Virus record (IMG/VR): IMGVR_UViG_638275541_000001
Origin: a virus
Taxonomy: Duplodnaviria > Heunggongvirae > Uroviricota > Caudoviricetes
Direction: 5' to 3' (one strand)
DNA: 64,000 bases
Every line of letters starts with the position of its first letter. The stretch's first letter is position 1. Position numbers and translations under genes: made by a program. The notes beneath the pieces were generated by a model that had not been told where the DNA came from, did no database searches, and saw nothing but the letters and a program-made list of their open reading frames with translations. This document shows positions 61,059-64,000 of this stretch, piece after piece.

Positions 61059-61550
61059 ATGGATAAGGGTTACTTCGAAAAATACCTAATATACGAACCA
61101 GAGACAGGTTTACTAATTTGGAAAGTAACCCTTTGCAATACCGCTATTGCTGGTAATGTTGCTGGCACAAGGTCTAAGAAGGGTTATATCCAAGTTCAGA
61201 TAAATAAGAAGAGGTACTATGCGCATAATATCGCATGGATTCTATCTGGAGGTGATATACCAAGTGGATATGAGATAGACCACATAGACCTTGACAAAAC
61301 AAATAATAGGCTGGAAAACTTAAGACTGAGTACAAAGTCACAAAACCAAAGGAATAGAGGTCTACAAAAGAACAATAAAACTGGCGTGAAGGGCGTAAGT
61401 GTGTGTCCACAGACAGGTCTTTATAAGGCAAGGGTGATGCTTTATCATAAAGAATACTTTTGCGGAAGATTTAAAACGCTAGAAGAAGCTAAAGAAGCTG
61501 TAATTAGAAAACGAATAGAACTTCATGGTAAGTTTGCAAGACATAACTAA
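61059..61550 (+). CDS. HNH homing endonuclease with AP2 domain, inserted between the two NAD-related genes
   Basis: YAHNIAWILSGG...IDHIDLDKTNNRLENLR then TGVKGVSV...LYKARV...FKTLEEAKEA. Confidence 0.7.
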   Translation: MDKGYFEKYLIYEPETGLLIWKVTLCNTAIAGNVAGTRSKKGYIQVQINKKRYYAHNIAWILSGGDIPSGYEIDHIDLDKTNNRLENLRLSTKSQNQRNRGLQKNNKTGVKGVSVCPQTGLYKARVMLYHKEYFCGRFKTLEEAKEAVIRKRIELHGKFARHN

Positions 61551-61567
61551 TAGAGAGAGGCATTAAT

Positions 61568-63349
61568 ATGAGTAAATCACTTTACGCAGTACCAGCAGGT
61601 CTTAATGCAGATGCTTACAAGTCATCACATATATATCAGTATCCAGATGCTACACAGTATCTTATGTTAAACCTGACACCACGTAGTGATAAATGGTTTA
61701 ACAGCCCCTTAGCAATTGATGGTGTAGTGGCTTTTGGTATTCAACGTTTTGTTAAAGATTACTTGATAGACCACTGGAACGCCACTTTCTTTGAACGTGA
61801 TAAAAAAGAAGCAGTTGACGAAATCTTAGAAGTCATGAATGGTGTTCTGGGTAAAGATGCTATCGGTAGAGAGCATTGGGAAGCACTTCACGATTTAGGC
61901 TATCTACCAGTTGAAGTATACGCTGTAGAAGAAGGTACAGTTGTTCCTATGCGTGTTCCAATGATTGTCTTCCAGAACACTGTTTCAGGTTTCCATTGGG
62001 TAGCAGGTTATCTGGAAGATGCTTTCTCTGCTGAGATTTGGAAGGCTTGCACCATTGCAACTATTGCATTGCACTACAAACGCATCTGTAAGAAGTGGGC
62101 TGACCTTACTTGCGACAATGACTTACATTTACCTTATCAGTGCCATGACTTTGCTATGCGTGGTATGTCCGGCTTTACCGATGACGCATTTAATGCTGTA
62201 GGTCACTTAACCAGCTTTAAAGGGACTGATAGCTTCCCTGCTGTATACACAGCTAAACGTATCTATGGACAGGCTTACCCAATCTCTGATATTGGCAGTT
62301 CTGTACCAGCCACTGAACACTCTGTGATGTGTGCAAACATTGCTTGGGAAGGTGGTAACGAGTTGGTTGAAGAAGAAAGACGATTTAAAGGTGAGTTGCA
62401 AACCTTCCGTCGTTTCTTAACAGAAACTTACCCAACTGGTATTGCAAGTATTGTTTCAGATACTTATAACTTCTGGAGAACTGTGTCAGAAATCCTACCA
62501 GCACTTCGTAAAGAAATTATGGAACGTGATGGTAGGCTGGTAATTCGCCCTGACTCTGGAGACCCTGTACATATTGTCACAGGTTATAAAGCAATCCACT
62601 TAGAGTGTGCTAAAAAGGCTTACTACGAGCACCTAAGCAAGCTAGAGGCAAGTGATACAATGCTGAACTCTGTCCTGAACATGAAGCTTGAAAACATTAG
62701 TTACGGTATTGCTGGATGGCTACTGTCAGAAGGCTACGAGATGGTTGTTGACAGAGAAGACTTTGAAGTTGCTGATACAGTGATGTTGAAAAATGCTTAT
62801 ATGGTTGGTTCTGCAAACGTTGTAACACGTCCTGTAGCTGAAATTGATGGAGCTATTAAGACACTGTACAACATCTTTGGGGGAACTATTAACTCTAAAG
62901 GATTTAAGGTACTTGATGAGCATATCGGCCTTATCTATGGTGACTCTATCACACTGGAACGTGCAAACGAAATCCTGAAGCGTCTGTATGAAATGGGTTT
63001 TGCAAGTTCTAACGTAGTGTTTGGTGTAGGCTCTTACACTTACCAGTACATGACTCGTGACACCTTTGCATTTGCTGTCAAAGCAACTCTTGCAAGCATT
63101 GGTGGTAAAGAGATTATGCTTGCAAAAGACCCTAAAACAGATAGTGGTGTTAAGAAGTCTGCCTTTGGTGGTGTAGCACCTATGTGGGACGGTGATAAGC
63201 TGAAAGCTGTAGATGGATATGGATTCCAGAGTTTTGCAGATGTACTTGACCACCCAGCCTGTGCTTTACGTTTAGTCTTTAGTGACTCTGAGCAGTTCGG
63301 TTACACAACTCTTGGTGATATTCGAAATAATATTGACAAGCAGCTTTAA
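61568..63349 (+). CDS. nicotinamide phosphoribosyltransferase-like enzyme (NAMPT family; candidate nicotinamide ADP-ribose transferase)
   Basis: 593 aa; NAMPT/NadV-like regions (GTDSFPAVYTA, PATEHSVMCA, IRPDSGDPV, LIYGDSITLE). Confidence 0.65.
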   Translation: MSKSLYAVPAGLNADAYKSSHIYQYPDATQYLMLNLTPRSDKWFNSPLAIDGVVAFGIQRFVKDYLIDHWNATFFERDKKEAVDEILEVMNGVLGKDAIGREHWEALHDLGYLPVEVYAVEEGTVVPMRVPMIVFQNTVSGFHWVAGYLEDAFSAEIWKACTIATIALHYKRICKKWADLTCDNDLHLPYQCHDFAMRGMSGFTDDAFNAVGHLTSFKGTDSFPAVYTAKRIYGQAYPISDIGSSVPATEHSVMCANIAWEGGNELVEEERRFKGELQTFRRFLTETYPTGIASIVSDTYNFWRTVSEILPALRKEIMERDGRLVIRPDSGDPVHIVTGYKAIHLECAKKAYYEHLSKLEASDTMLNSVLNMKLENISYGIAGWLLSEGYEMVVDREDFEVADTVMLKNAYMVGSANVVTRPVAEIDGAIKTLYNIFGGTINSKGFKVLDEHIGLIYGDSITLERANEILKRLYEMGFASSNVVFGVGSYTYQYMTRDTFAFAVKATLASIGGKEIMLAKDPKTDSGVKKSAFGGVAPMWDGDKLKAVDGYGFQSFADVLDHPACALRLVFSDSEQFGYTTLGDIRNNIDKQL

Positions 63350-63363
63350 AAGTATATGATAAG

Positions 63364-63387
63364 AGGCTCCTACGGGAGCCTTTTTTA
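63364..63387 (+). terminator. rho-independent terminator
   Basis: AGGCTCC-TACG-GGAGCCT followed by TTTTTT. Confidence 0.65.
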
Positions 63388-63403
63388 ATTTCTGGAGAAA
63401 ACT

Positions 63404-63739
63404 ATGAAAATCAAAGAGATGAACATCAACGTTGTCTTGGAAGAACGTTGGGAAAACATTAAGAAACCTGAAAATGGTCATAAATTCCTTAACAAAATTT
63501 TAGTAGCAGCTAAAGAAGAACTGACGGGTAAGGTTGCAGCAGCAATCACAATAAAAGTCTGTGTAAAAGGTCTTCCAGACAACCACCAATTTGCACTTGA
63601 CGAGTTTAAAGAAAGCTTCTACAATCCAAACAAACAGATACTTGAAAGTAACTTTGCAGTGTCTACAAGTATCGTCCATGACAGAAGCTTTATCCTTTAC
63701 AAAAACATGAGAGGTGAGTCATGCAAGCATATTGGATAG
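63404..63739 (+). CDS. hypothetical protein
   Basis: 111-aa ORF with RBS-like GGAGAAAA. Confidence 0.4.
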   Translation: MKIKEMNINVVLEERWENIKKPENGHKFLNKILVAAKEELTGKVAAAITIKVCVKGLPDNHQFALDEFKESFYNPNKQILESNFAVSTSIVHDRSFILYKNMRGESCKHIG

Positions 63740-63897
63740 AAATTTTACTGTCACTTGGTAGTGTAGCAGTGTTTGTCTACCTTCTTTGCAAGTACTATGC
63801 AGAGCACAAGAAGTGTGACTACTGTAACGGAGAAGGGTACACAAGAGCAGGCTGTTGCCCTATGTGTGGTGGTTCTGGTAAAATGTTTAATAAGTAA
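63721..63897 (+). CDS. small membrane-anchored zinc-ribbon protein (58 aa)
   Basis: hydrophobic N-terminus IEILLSLGSVAVFVYLL then CDYC...CPMCG; overlaps upstream stop; below track cutoff. Confidence 0.35.
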   Translation: MQAYWIEILLSLGSVAVFVYLLCKYYAEHKKCDYCNGEGYTRAGCCPMCGGSGKMFNK

Positions 63898-63925
63898 TTT
63901 AACAGTAAACTAAGAGGAAAGTATT

Positions 63926-64000
63926 ATGCGCATGGTAAACGACCACGCAGAAGTGATTAAGAGTTCAACTTCTTTGGAGACATCTCAAGCACAGATTACA
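63926..64000 (+). CDS. 5' end of an ORF running off the window
   Basis: ATG preceded by AAGAGGAAAG; frame open to window end. Confidence 0.3.
   Translation, partial: MRMVNDHAEVIKSSTSLETSQAQIT

Overview
This window reads as one contiguous stretch of a large virulent tailed-phage genome (contractile-tail, Felix O1-like gene content; that assignment is inference from memory, not a search). Coordinates of hand-called RNA features, motifs and small ORFs are approximate (about +/-3 nt); at one place (near 50161-50220) my reading was 1 nt out of register with the ORF track, so single-nucleotide claims need machine confirmation. CDS ends come from the ORF track, and several starts were moved to an in-frame ATG with a Shine-Dalgarno sequence. 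Layout: (1) 38-1378, a vWA/MIDAS protein whose frame is open to the window edge; (2) 1390-8210, a promoter-driven cluster of about 27 tRNA or tRNA-like genes that covers all 20 amino-acid specificities by anticodon, interleaved with three free-standing HNH endonuclease genes, a membrane protein, a family of four covarying stem-loop elements, a 19-bp perfect inverted repeat and a repeated 18-mer, closed by two terminators; (3) 8248-31950, the structural module on the + strand (terminase, portal, protease/scaffold, capsid, sheath, tube, frameshift-capable chaperone pair, tape measure, baseplate, two tail fibres with His-rich HxH C-terminal modules); (4) 31993-41316 on the - strand, thymidylate synthase, DHFR, small zinc-ribbon/HTH/secreted/lipoprotein ORFs, ATP-dependent DNA ligase, HNH-AP2 endonuclease and family-A DNA polymerase; (5) 41574-63897 on the + strand, dNMP kinase, primase-helicase, SSB-like protein, flap endonuclease, homing endonucleases, aerobic and anaerobic ribonucleotide reductases with glutaredoxin and activase, and a PRPS-like plus NAMPT-like pair split by an HNH-AP2 gene. 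The strongest leads are that last pair (consistent with a phage NAD+ reconstitution counter-defence module), the covarying stem-loop family and the atypical tRNA-like genes. No integrase, CRISPR array or rRNA was seen.
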